Of a stretch of 64,000 bases of DNA, positions 52,245 to 64,000 are shown piece after piece. Location: positions 104,720,001-104,784,000 of the forward strand of contig NC_058368.1 of the NCBI RefSeq assembly GCF_018350175.1, written 5' to 3'. The translations under genes and the position numbers were made by a program. The notes under the pieces are model-generated. The model saw only the letters and a program-made list of their open reading frames with translations, was not told the origin of the DNA and ran no database searches. Numbering within the stretch: position 1 is the stretch's first letter; every line of letters begins with the position of its first letter. The DNA comes from Felis catus (taxonomy: Eukaryota).

Positions 52245-54745
52245 ATTGTTTTTTAACAGCTTTACTGAGGTAAAATTGACAAAAAATAACTGTACAAATT
52301 TAAGTGTACCATTTGATAGTTATTGGTATGCATTTCATGTATATAACCATGAAACCATCCATGTCAGTCCTGATAGTGAACTTACTCATCACATACAAAC
52401 ATTTCCTCACATGCCTTTGTATTCCTTCCAACCACTCCTACCTGCTCCCCACTTATTCAGGTACCCACTGATCTGCTTTCTGTCCCTCTTGATTAGTTTG
52501 TATTTTGTAGACATTTATATAAATGGAATCATATAGTATGTTCTGTTTTGTGCCTAATCTCTTTCACTCAACGTAATCATATTGGCATTCGTCCATATTG
52601 TTGTACCATTAACTCATTCCATTTTACTGAGTAGTGTTCTATTACATGGATATACCACCATTTATTATTTATCCTTTCATGTGTTTGTGGACCATTTTGG
52701 GCAATTACCAATCAAGCTGCTCTGAGAACTCATGTACAAGTTCTTCCTCATACACTACATTCAGAGATGCTTTATTTGTAATAGCTGAACCCTGCAAACA
52801 ATCCAAACACCCATGAACACGTTAGGAAATTGCCAGACTTTGCCAAAGTGGTTGTCCGTTTTATATTCTCACTAGCACTGTAGGAGAGTTGTAGCCTCTC
52901 CACATCTATGCCATCACTTCGTAGAGTCTTCCTCATTTCAGTCATTTGAACAGTTATGCGGTATTATCTTGTGATTTTAATTTGCACTGTTCTGGTGATG
53001 AACGATAATGAGCATCTTTTCATGAACTTATTTGCCATTAGTACATCTTTGCTAAAGTGTTCATATCTTTTGCCTATTTATTTATTTATTTATTTGTAAT
53101 TACACTGATGGTTTTCTTACTACTCTTTATATATTCTGGATGCAACTTCTTTATCAGATAATATTAAAAAATATATTAGTTTCATTCTGTGACTTGTCTT
53201 GTCATTCTCCTTATGTTTTTTTGAAGAGCAAAAATTTTTAATTTTCTTGGACAAAGTGATTCATTTACTCTTTTCCATTTTGTGTTTTTGGTGCTGTATC
53301 TAAGGAATCTTTGCCCACCTCAAGATCACAAAGGTTTTATCTTCCGTTTTCTTCTACAGATTTTAAACTTTAAGGTTTTACATTTAGGTCTAGGATTCAT
53401 TTTGAGTTAATTTTTGTATTTGGTGTGCAATTACCCACATTTGCTGATGTGCATATGGATATTCCAATTTTCCATCACTGTTTCTTCACTGAATTGCCTT
53501 TGTTGCTCTGTAAAAAGATAATTGTGCATATATGTGTAAATTAATTTCTGGACTGTCTTTTCCTTTCCACTGATCTGTTTGTCTATATTTACACCAATGT
53601 CACATGTATTTATAAGCATTATAAGTCTTTTTTTTTTTTTTTTTTTTTTGGGACAGAGAGAGACAGAGCATGAACGGGGGAGGGGCAGAGAGAGAGGGAG
53701 ACACAGAATCGGAAACAGGCTCCAGGCTCCGAGCCATCAGCCCAGAGCCCGACGCGGGGCTCGAACTCACGGACCGCGAGATCGTGACCTGGCTGAAGTC
53801 GGACGCTTAACCGACTGCGCCACCCAGGCGCCCCTATAAGTCTTTAAATTAAGTAGTATTTGTATTTCTTTTTAAAGTTGTTTTGGCCCTTCTAGGCACT
53901 TCACATGAACATAAATCTTAAAAGCAGCTTGTCAATATTTATAAGAAAAGCTGCTGGGATATTGATTAGTATTGTATTGAATCTATGTCTATGTATAGAT
54001 CTCTTTGGGGAGAATTGATATGTTAACAATATTGAATCACCAGAGTTATAAACAAGGTCTGTCTCTGTTTGGAGACGGCATGTATGTTCTGCTGCTGTGA
54101 ATTCTGTAAGTGTCAAATAGGTCAAATTGACTGTCAATTCTCTACTTTCTCTCAGCAGTGTTGTTAATTCTTAGTGTACACGTCTTTCACATTTTTGGTT
54201 AGACTTGCCCTTTTCGATGCTATTGTAGATGGCTTTTAAAATTTCAATTTCTGATTGTTCATTGCTAGTGTATAGAAGTATATTTTTTGTACAATTTTGT
54301 ATATGTAACTTCCCTAAACTCATTATTTTTAGTGGCTTTTTTCGTAGATTCCATCAGATATTTTACATATAGAGATATATTTATATAATCTGTAAATAAG
54401 GGGAGTTTTGCTTCTTTCTTCCCAGTCTGGATATCTTTTATTTCCTTTTTACTGCCTTATTATACTTGCTAGAACTTCCAGTGCAACGCTGAATAGAAAT
54501 TATAAGAGCAAACTTCCTCGTCTTGTTCTTAATCATGCATGTATGGGTGGGAACATTCATTATTTTATTACATTAGTAGTGGGCTTTTCATATTTGCCCT
54601 TTATCAGGAAAAGGAAAAGGGAAATCTCCTTTTTGTTCCTGGTTCACAGAAAATTCTTATCAGAAATGGATACTGGATTTTGCCAAATGCTTTTTCAGCC
54701 TTTTTTTGAGATAATAATTTTCTGCTATTATTATTATTTTTTTTA
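52245..54745 (-). mobile_element. Old antisense L1 (3' UTR plus ORF2 remnant)
   Basis: Starts aacagctttactgaggtaaaattgaca; continuous decayed L1 motifs (FNTILINIPAAFLINIDKLLLRF). Confidence 0.85.
53631..53834 (-). mobile_element. Young SINEC_Fc-type SINE nested in L1
   Basis: CpG-rich body; TSD tataagtcttt at 53620-53630 and 53835-53845; long pure T tail. Confidence 0.96.
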
Positions 54746-54787
54746 ATTGAGGAACTCACTCACCTGAAAGATCCCCCAAAAGGGCAA

Positions 54788-55230
54788 TGTATTAGTTAGG
54801 AATTGTGTTTGGCTACAATAAATAGATGCCTGAAAAATAGAAACAGGTACATACTAAGGGTTTATTATCTTTATGTAATAAGAAGTCCAGAAGTTGTTGC
54901 TTTGTGGCATACGTTCATGCACACAATGAATTCAGAGCAAAAGTTTCCACAATTCTCTGGGTCCTTCCTTCAAGTTCTTGATGGTATTTGCAGATTCAAC
55001 CATTTTGTCCACACACTAGGCATCAGAATGGAGAAAGAGAAGGGGAATTACACTTACCAATTAAGTCTGTCCCCCACACTGTTTTCTTCCTGCACACTTC
55101 AATCCAGAAAGAGGGCTGGGAAATGTAGTTTATTGCTGGGTACCTTATTGTCCCTGGTGAGAGTGGGATTCTGTTAATAAGGATGGAAAGAAGGATGGAC
55201 GTTAGGTATACAGTTAGCAACGTTTGCCAA
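54788..55230 (-). mobile_element. MaLR LTR (MLT1 family)
   Basis: tgtattagttagga..tttggctaca..aagaagtccaga..aagagggctgggaaatgtagttt. Confidence 0.7.
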
Positions 55231-55644
55231 AGATGCTGCTGGCAAATGCTCTTTGTGCCTGTGCCTAAGGGCCATGAAAGCCCTATTTAGGAATGGAGGG
55301 AAAGGAATTTGAGCTAAGTATTTTTTATTACATTGACTCAATGCAGAGTTCTAAGTTCCCTGGGTTCTCTCCCTTTCCATGACTGATCAGCCATCACTGC
55401 AGGTCATATATGCACCACTGGTGGCTGGGGAGCAAGAGTTCTGACCCCAAGCAGTGGGTGTGGCAACTTTGGGGATGGGATGGAAGGAGAAGGGAAAAGG
55501 CAACAGCTGTTGTTGGCCACTCTTTCCTGCAAGTGTATTATAAAGGTGTTCACTTCCTCTGTTCAGATGTTCTTTCATGAGAACCTCCTTGATTTCACTC
55601 CAGTTGCAATTAAACACTCCCCTCCTGCATTTCCTGCAGTATGT

Positions 55645-55872
55645 TTTGTGACTGCTTTATTGAGGTATAGTTCTTATAGTATTCTTTAATGTATACAATT
55701 CAGTGACCCTTGGTATATTCACAGAGTTGTGCGACTATCACACAATCAATTTTAGAACATCTTCATCACCCCACATTGACACCAATCCCTCCCAATCCTA
55801 GACCACTAATGCACTCTCTGTCTTTGTAGATTTGTCCCTTGGACGTGTCATAGAAATGGAATTCTTGAGTAT
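55645..55872 (-). mobile_element. Old L1 3' end
   Basis: gctttattgaggtata..tatattcacagagttgtgcgactatcacacaatcaattttagaacat. Confidence 0.8.
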
Positions 55873-57431
55873 GCTCTCGCAGTATTTTGCTGATACAGCT
55901 GCATTCTGCTCTGTGTCTATGGAGTTTGCGGAGCTTGTATTTGACTTCCTCTGCAGAGTAGGAGTCCCTCGTCTGCCATCTCTGTGTCTACAGTAGTGCT
56001 AGCAATGTGCCTGTTACATCAGTAAATACTAAATGGGAGGAAAGAGACGTCCTTTCCTTTTTATAAACAAACACAATAGGAGAGGCTGCAGTGTAAATTT
56101 GGAAATATGAAAACAAGATTATTCCTGTCTATACCTGAACACTATAGTATCAGTCGGATTTTTGAATGGCTGGATATGACTCCTAGCCACCCAGTTCACC
56201 TGCCCTAGTATCTGACCCAGCATAAAACATCTACCATTGTTTTCACTTCTGCTCCCCCCCTTCCCCCCACTTAAAATCCATCATAAGTTTTGGTCTACTG
56301 TGAGCCAGGTACAAGAGTTTAATTCTTCCTTCTACCTTTACCACCAGCTATGAATGTTGAGAAAACCCGTTCCATATTTCTAGTCTTGGCTTCTTTGTCT
56401 GAAAAAAATGTGGCAATTATGTTTGGGAAAGGGACCTTTAACTCTAATAATATGTGTTCTTTTATAGCAACTCAGAATAAATGAGTGCAGGCAAGATTTT
56501 GACCCGTGTTATTAATTCAGAATACCAGAATAAAAGGAATTTCTGTGGAAAGATGAGTTGTCTGGAAGGCTTGCATTCCCATTGGACAGTTATTTTCAAA
56601 AGATACTTTGATCATGGAAACATTTTTCAAATTAACTTACACGAATTGATATTATATCCATTAGAACAACAGTAAGCACTGTATTTAGAGATATAATTGG
56701 TTTATAAAGGAATCTTTAGTCTTCCCACACTTTTTTTTTTTTTTTAGGTGTAAATCCAAAGTGAAATGTACATGACAGAAGAGAAAACTATTGAGTATCG
56801 TTAGTGGCTCTTGGTATTAAAGCCAAGTATTTACACGTGAAAGAAATGAGGTCCGTGGCACTGGTAATGGGATTTAAGTGGATTTAGGATCTAAGGCTGA
56901 AATAGGAGCCTAATTAGAGAAGATCTTAAGGTCATCATGTCAGTCCTCACCTGTCCATCAGGCAGACAGACTGTCCACAGCTTTCACTTCTCATCAGTGT
57001 CTCTTGCCTGCCAGCTCTTGAGGGAGAAGATGCCTTGGCTACCCTCAAGACACTGATGCGTCTACAGCAGTGCTTAGTGTGGGCCCAGAGCTGCTACTTA
57101 CATCCGGTCTCTAAAAAAGACTACTAAAATCTCAGAGTATGAAATCTGATGATCTTCTCCAAGGGAGATGGGGAAATTAAATCCTATGGGATAGTTTGTC
57201 TTTGCTAGCATTTTCCTGATTTGAAAAATAAGAAGAAAGGACATGAAGAGGGAATAAGAAGCCTGTTTTCCATGGATAGGAGAGCCACACTTATGATGGG
57301 TCTTTAGTACTTATTATTATTATTATTATTATTATTATTTTTAGGTAACTATTCTTGAAATCTAAGTGATTAAACATTTGTTAAGGGGAACCTCTGTTCC
57401 TTTTCTCTTTCTAGGGCACTTTGGGATTTTC

Positions 57432-57453
57432 TTTTATTCATTCATTCATTCTT

Positions 57454-57496
<43 letters not shown>

Positions 57497-57694
57497 TGTT
57501 TATTTTTGAGAGACAGAGAGAGACACAGCATGAGCAGGGGAGGGGCAGAGAGAGAGGGAGACACAGAATCCGAAGCAGGCTCCAAGCTCTGAGCTGTCAA
57601 CACAGAGCCCGACGCGGGGCTCGAACCTACAAACCGTGAGATCATGACCTGAGCTGAAGTGGGACGCTTAACCGACTGAGCCACCCAGGTGCCT
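57432..57694 (-). mobile_element. SINEC with (TTTA)n tail
   Basis: TSD actttgggattttct. Confidence 0.94.
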
Positions 57695-59487
57695 ACTTTG
57701 GGATTTTCTACAGGACAAATCGACACCTTTATTCTACTTTATTTCTCACATGGAGTGCTTTAGTTATGGAAGCATAGCCCCCAGAGTGGGTGGCATCCGA
57801 AGCTAACTGAGGGAAGGTGGGACAGGGGTAGGGATCGAGCTCAGCTGATGTCCTTGGGCAAGGGTCACTGTCAACATATACACCACAGTGAGTGTCCGTG
57901 CAATGTGGCAAATTGGGATGTTTGAAAGCACAGAGTTTTATAGTTTACTGTCTTCCCTTCTGATGTCTCCTTTTGCTCCTGCTGGTCCAGCTGTTTCTTG
58001 GTGAAGGTTATTATTAGATGTGGAGAGTCCAGAGCTGGTGGGATAAGAGCTTGGAACACAGATGGCACTTGTGTGACAGAATCTAATGCTGTGTGAGGAT
58101 TCTGCACTGTGGCAGTAGAATTCGTGTTCTTTCCTTCTGGAATCCATACCAACAATACTCCGCATTACTTAGATAATTACTTGACTTGAGGCTTCACTGC
58201 TCAGGGGCAATTTCATTGGCTTTAGCTTTAATTAAAAAAAAATCATTAGGGAAGCAGAATCCCCCTTCCAGTTTCTCATTAATTTACAGATGAATTTGTT
58301 TGCTGCTAACTATCTATTGACATTTTGCTCCAGACTTTGGCCAAATGTTAGTTCAAGGCATTTATAAAAATAATCTGGATTTTGACATTACTATCACAGG
58401 ATTATTGTTTTTATCTGTTGTAGCTGACTGGACTGCTTGGTGTTCATTTCATAAAACACAAAGTTTATCCCATCAGGAATCAAACATGAGAGCATTCATA
58501 TTCATTACTCAGCGATCTCAAAAATGTGAAATTTGAGGATATGGGCAACCCTTGTTTTCAGCGGCCGCCATATCCAATTTCTGTGTTCTCGGGTAGCTCT
58601 TCTTTCATACGAAAGGCGACTAGGATCTGATCTTTACAACTTCTTAGATGTGCGAATGGCATTTTGAATAGTTTTACTATCTTGAGTAAGGAGAAATTGG
58701 TAAATCGGGGTAGGAAGACTTAGGTTTGCAACATGCCTCAGACAGAGATGTCCTGAGTGCGTAAGACGAGTGAGATAAGGCACTGTCATATTTACATATT
58801 ACGGTGGGTGCCAGCGCTCTGGGTGAGGTGGGAGTGTCCTGTGGCTGTGTGCACAGGCTGCCACATAACATGGTGTGATCCAGCATCCAGCGCATGCCCC
58901 CTGTGCAATTAGACTGAGCCTTTTGTGGCAATGAATTGACCCTTGCATACTCCAGGTATGGTGGTTTTCTGGCTTGTATGTGCAAATCTACATTTTAGAG
59001 AACAGTGCAGAGCCATGACCTTACAAATGAATGGCACATCTGCAATACCAAACACATGCTTAGAGATGGCAGGAGACGCTGAACCCTGAGGTTGGCACGT
59101 ACTGACTTAACCTGGCAGCATGAGGCAACATTTTAGAGAGCCGGTGTATTCATATGTTACAGGCTGATTTTGCTTTTAATTACAGCGAAATATGTGATTG
59201 TCTGAATCACAGCAACTTGGGGAAGTTGCTGAGCATCTCCTTGCAATGCTAGTGTTAATATCTCTACACCGGCCCAACGTCCCAAGCTCACTTGACGTGG
59301 CGTCCCTCACCACATGGCCTTCTGGTGAAGGAAGTGAGTCTTTAGTTCTTCAAATTGATGGTCACTTTATTCCCTTGTGGTGTCCTCTACCTGATGGTTT
59401 GTTGTGATAATTCTATATGTTTCTTACAATATTCCCAGCTAATTCTCAGTCCTAACAACTGACTTTGATTTTGAAGGTCTACACCTT

Positions 59488-59867
59488 TTTTTTTTTATTT
59501 AACTTTATTTTTTATTTTTTAAAATTTACATCCAAATTAGTATATAGTGAAGCAGTGATTTCAGTAGATTCCTTAGTGGCCCTTACCCATTTAGCCCATC
59601 CCCCCTCCCACAACCCCTCCAGCAACCCTCAGTTTGTTTTCCATATTTATGAGTCTCTTCTGTTTTGTCCCCCTCCCTGTTTTTATATTATTTTTGTTTC
59701 CCTTCCCTTATACTCATCTGTTTTGTGTCTTAAAGTCCTCATATGAATGAAGTCATATGATTTTTGTCTTTCTCTGACTAATTTCACTTAGCATAATACC
59801 CTCCAGTTCCATCCGCATAGTTGCAAATGGCGAGATTTCATTCTTTTTGATTGGTGAGTAATACTCC

Positions 59868-59919
<52 letters not shown>

Positions 59920-60319
59920 CCACATTTTCTTTATCCATTCATCTGTCAATGGATATTTGGGCTCTTTCCATACTTTGGCTATTGTTGATAGTGCTGCTCT
60001 AAACTTGGGGGTGCATGTGTCCCTTCGAAACAGCACACCTGTATCCCGTGGATAAATGCCTAGTAGTGCAATTGCTGGGTTGCAGGGTAGTTGTATTTTT
60101 AATTTTTTGAGCAACCTCCATACTGTTTTCCAGAGCGGCTGCACCAGTTTGCATTCCCACCAGCAATGCAAAAGAGATCCTCTTTCTCTACATCCTTGCC
60201 AACATCCGTTGTTGCCTGAGTTGTTAATGTTAGCCATTCTGACAGGTGTGAGGTGGTATCTCATTGTGGTTTTGATTTATATTTCCCTGATGCTGAGTGA
60301 TGTTGAGCATTTTTTCATG
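59488..60319 (-). mobile_element. 5'-truncated carnivore/felid L1 (ORF2 C-terminal cysteine-rich region, 3' UTR, poly(A)) with internal (CA)n
   Basis: ORF 59788-60264 [37 protein letters not shown] gaaggtctaca(c/t)ctt at 59473-59487 and 60320-60334. Confidence 0.96.
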
Positions 60320-60519
60320 GAAGGTCTACATCTTCTAAAGCTACTGCTCTGAACATTGCACCCAAACAGATCTTCTCACTTTCATTTGATTTCTTTCTAC
60401 CCCTTTTTTTTTTGCTTTTTCTTCAGCTAAAATGCCTTCCCCTAGATCTCTGCATGTCTAAATTCTTTTTGATAAAAATAATAGGAGTGGTTATCATTTT
60501 TTGGTCCAGAAACTGTATG

Positions 60520-60620
60520 TAAAATATATACACACATATATATATATATACATATGTAAATATATACTATGTATATCACTGTATATACAGTATATATACA
60601 AATGTAAACTATACACATAA
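60520..60620. repeat. (TA)-rich low-complexity tract
   Basis: Direct observation. Confidence 0.8.
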
Positions 60621-61746
60621 TTGTGCCTAAATCAACATGAAAAATATTTAATGATGTGGGAAGATTTTTACCTTTATGTTAATGGAAAGGAAAATTGAAA
60701 ACTATTAAGATTCTTTTTTTTCTTTGAGGAGAAAAATATATAGGGAAAATTTCCTGAGTGTCTCCATACATAGAAATGTTACCATTTGATGGAACCATAG
60801 GTAGGTTTACTTTGCTTATTGGTTTAAAATCTGTTTTACTTTTGTAATAAGACGTGAGTTAATAAAACTTATCTGTAAAGCATAGGATACCTTATTCCGT
60901 CTCATCCTTACATAAAATTTTGGAATATCTGAACCCCAAACTACACAGTGTTTTTCTCACAATTACTCATACATCCAGCCATTCTAAAGGGTGTTTAATC
61001 AAAGTGAGCGGCGCTAACATTGGACGTAATGCTTATGTTTGGCACAGAATATAGTTGATGTTCCTTTCTACCAGGCTACAGACCTTTGCTTTGGAAATGT
61101 CAGTCTACCTGTCCGCTCATGTTTGCGGTGATAACCCTTACTTCCACGGGTCAGGCCACACCTAAGACATTTACTAATGAAACAGAAATGAAGATTTACT
61201 AATCCCTGAAGACCTCAGTGACATTTTTTGAATATTTTTGTTGATAGGAAAAGGGCATCTCGTTCTGCTGTGTCATAGTTGGGAGTAACGTGCACCCAAA
61301 GAAATTTGACTTTGCTTTCCAGGGAAGGTATTATGGGTCTACTCTGGGGTCTACTCTGTCACTCTGGAGTCCCACTATCTCCCTTTGGGGCTTTTTTCCT
61401 GAACCCATATGTATGCTTCTCCTGAAACAAAGAGGATATATTCGGTAGTCACTGATAATTTTTTTAAAAATGTGGGTGAGGCAGTTTTTCTTGCAACTCC
61501 TTTCCTAATTTAGCATGACGTAGAATGAAATCATAGAAATGAAGGAATTTATTTGGAGATCTCAAAATCAGAAGGGGAATTGTTTGGTTGCACAGCGGAC
61601 CCTGACAGGGCCAAGGAATGGATTGAAGGAAATTGTCAAGCATGCATGTTGTTTTTAAGTGATACTTGAGACTGGGATGTGAAACAGCTGTGTTGTTGGG
61701 TTGTTTTTTTTTTTTTTTTCTTCTTGTGCCAACTTTCCTTATTTGA

Positions 61747-62085
<339 letters not shown>

Positions 62086-62432
62086 TAGTCCGATGCTGGT
62101 ACTTTTGTAAATATGAATATGTGTTCCAAAATTTAGGCTCCTTGGTTCAGGAAAGCTGTTGTGGTAACATAACTGTTATGTCCTAACTGTTCTTTTTACA
62201 TGTTGACTGATCAAGGTTACTTCCATGGTAATTAAAATTTACCACCTGTTGCCTTTAAATCAGAAGTAAAATTGATATTTTCAATGCTTAGTATGTTTAT
62301 TTTTCTCTGATATCTGGTACGCAAATAATCAGTACTTGCTCAGAAAATGTTGGGGAGAAATATTGGTCATAACTGAAAATTCACAAACATTTTGGTATTA
62401 AATCAAATAGTAATATGGTATATAATTTGTGT

Positions 62433-62577
62433 CCATTATGTTAGAATTATAATCCTATAATTCTATAATTAGAATTAGATTCTATAATTCTATATAAGTC
62501 TATAATTAGAATTATTATAATATAGAATTCTATAATTCTATAATTTTATAATTAGAATTATAATTCTAACATAATGG
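62433..62577. repeat. AT-rich palindromic minisatellite
   Basis: Perfect 21-nt inverted arms at 62433-62453 and 62557-62577 around tataattc/gaattata units. Confidence 0.9.
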
Positions 62578-63137
62578 TATTTTGGACTATGAACAGCTTG
62601 CGCTTAAAACCTAGTATTCTTTATTAAGAGGATTAGGCAGTGGAATTTCATATAATACAGTTGCTCTTCTAAATTTCACAGTTAAAACTTTGGTTTTCTG
62701 GCTAGCTCGTTGCCGCGCGTGTAATTGTGGCTACTTCCTGTCTCTTCGTACTCCCTTTTGCTTTGAAAAACGTGAGGGGGAATCAAAGTGCAACTGAATT
62801 TTAATGCCCAAAGTATTACGTTTAGAGAAAGGAAAGAATAGTTTTAAAAATTAGCAGGATCGGATGACAACACAAATTCAGCCTCATTTCATACATTACT
62901 ATTTTCTGAAACTAGTTTGAAGGGATTTCAAGCCATTTGGATAAAACGGTTTTAAGAATTCTTACTTGCTTATAATTGGAATCGGGGAGATTACTGTTTA
63001 TCTTGTTGAAACTACTTGTTTTAGGCTTGTGATCTCTTGGCTGTCCCTAAAACAGCATTTCCAGGACTAGTCCCTTGTGCTGCCTGTGCACAGAACATTC
63101 TGTGTGAAAGAGCCTTTTTATTGTATCTTCAACAGGG

Positions 63138-63169
63138 AGTGTGTGTGTGTGTGTGTGTGTGTGCGTGCG

Positions 63170-63204
<35 letters not shown>
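63138..63204. repeat. Interrupted (TG)n microsatellite
   Basis: Direct observation. Confidence 0.97.
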
Positions 63205-63205
<1 letters not shown>

Positions 63206-64000
63206 TTTCTGCCCCTGAAAGGCTTCCAATTCCAATGGATAACTGTCTTGCAGGGTTTTGTTTTGCTTCTGCTGGAGATCAGGAGGAAAGTGGGCATTTT
63301 GTTCACATGCCGCAGAGGCAAATGTTTGGGATGTGGGATTTGGCTCACAGCCATTTTTCTGGCCGACTGACCTCAAATGCAATGTTGCTTTCATTAACTT
63401 TTCCAGCTTAAAAATCAGTTGCGCCTCCACATTTTGAAGAAAAAATAACTTTATTATATAAACTAGTGGCAATGAAAAGAGTGGACGTATTTGAAAAGTG
63501 AGATTTGTTACTAATTCCCTGGCAAGTATGTTGCAGTGGTTATTCAGAGTTAGTTTACGAAGAACTACGCCTGCCTCAAGCTGAGAGAACAGACCAGATG
63601 AGTGTTTGTGTGAAGAAAAGGCTACATGAGTTTCAGACTTTCCAGAACTGATTTAGGCCTTCTAGAAAACAAACTGTTGCCTTATTTTGGAGGTGAGGCT
63701 TTCTAAAACGTAACTTGTTGCTTTCTTTTGGAATTTACTGATTTTTGCATGAAGCTTCTAGAATTCTGAGGACACCTCTTCTTTCTGTCCTAGAATACGA
63801 TATTGATGCAAGGTTAAGTCTATTCTTTACAACTTATGTTTTGGCTTTAAAATGAACAAAAGCATAAATAAACACAGTCTTCAAAGGTGCTCTGAGGAAA
63901 ACATTTCTGATACCTTTTTTAAGCACATAAGTAAATGCTGTTCTGAGCTAGAGCGCTGTGTCTTGTTACCTGGGTTTTGTCTGCAGCAGTGGCTTTAATA

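Noticed and set aside
63037..63472. Cys/Val- or His/Thr-rich ORFs
   Set aside because: Artefacts of the (TG)n microsatellite.

Overview
Eukaryotic (mammalian) genomic DNA, very probably from a felid: it carries about 45 carnivore tRNA-derived SINEs, including young SINEC_Fc-type copies. The window lies inside the 5' part of the MEGF10 gene on the + strand. It holds the first four coding exons (17131-17246, 25696-25797, 27618-27718, 61766-61858). These splice at GT-AG junctions into one 412-nt frame encoding the signal peptide, the EMI domain and the first EGF-like repeat. I could not identify the promoter or the upstream non-coding exon(s), and the gene continues past the right edge. The rest is intron full of SINEs, L1 (including a near full-length ~8 kb antisense copy), L2, MIR, MaLR LTRs, hAT fossils and microsatellites. 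Almost all ORFs in the supplied track are artefacts of these repeats. I found no convincing new biological system. The most interesting signals are small retrotransposition and DNA-structure oddities: a 30-nt U6 retrocopy with a target-site duplication (TSD) inside a multi-layer nested insertion, a tail-less L1 fragment, a perfect SINE-SINE hairpin, an AT-rich palindrome, and repeated reuse of the same insertion sites. Repeat subfamily names come from remembered consensus sequences, and repeat boundaries are approximate unless a TSD is cited.
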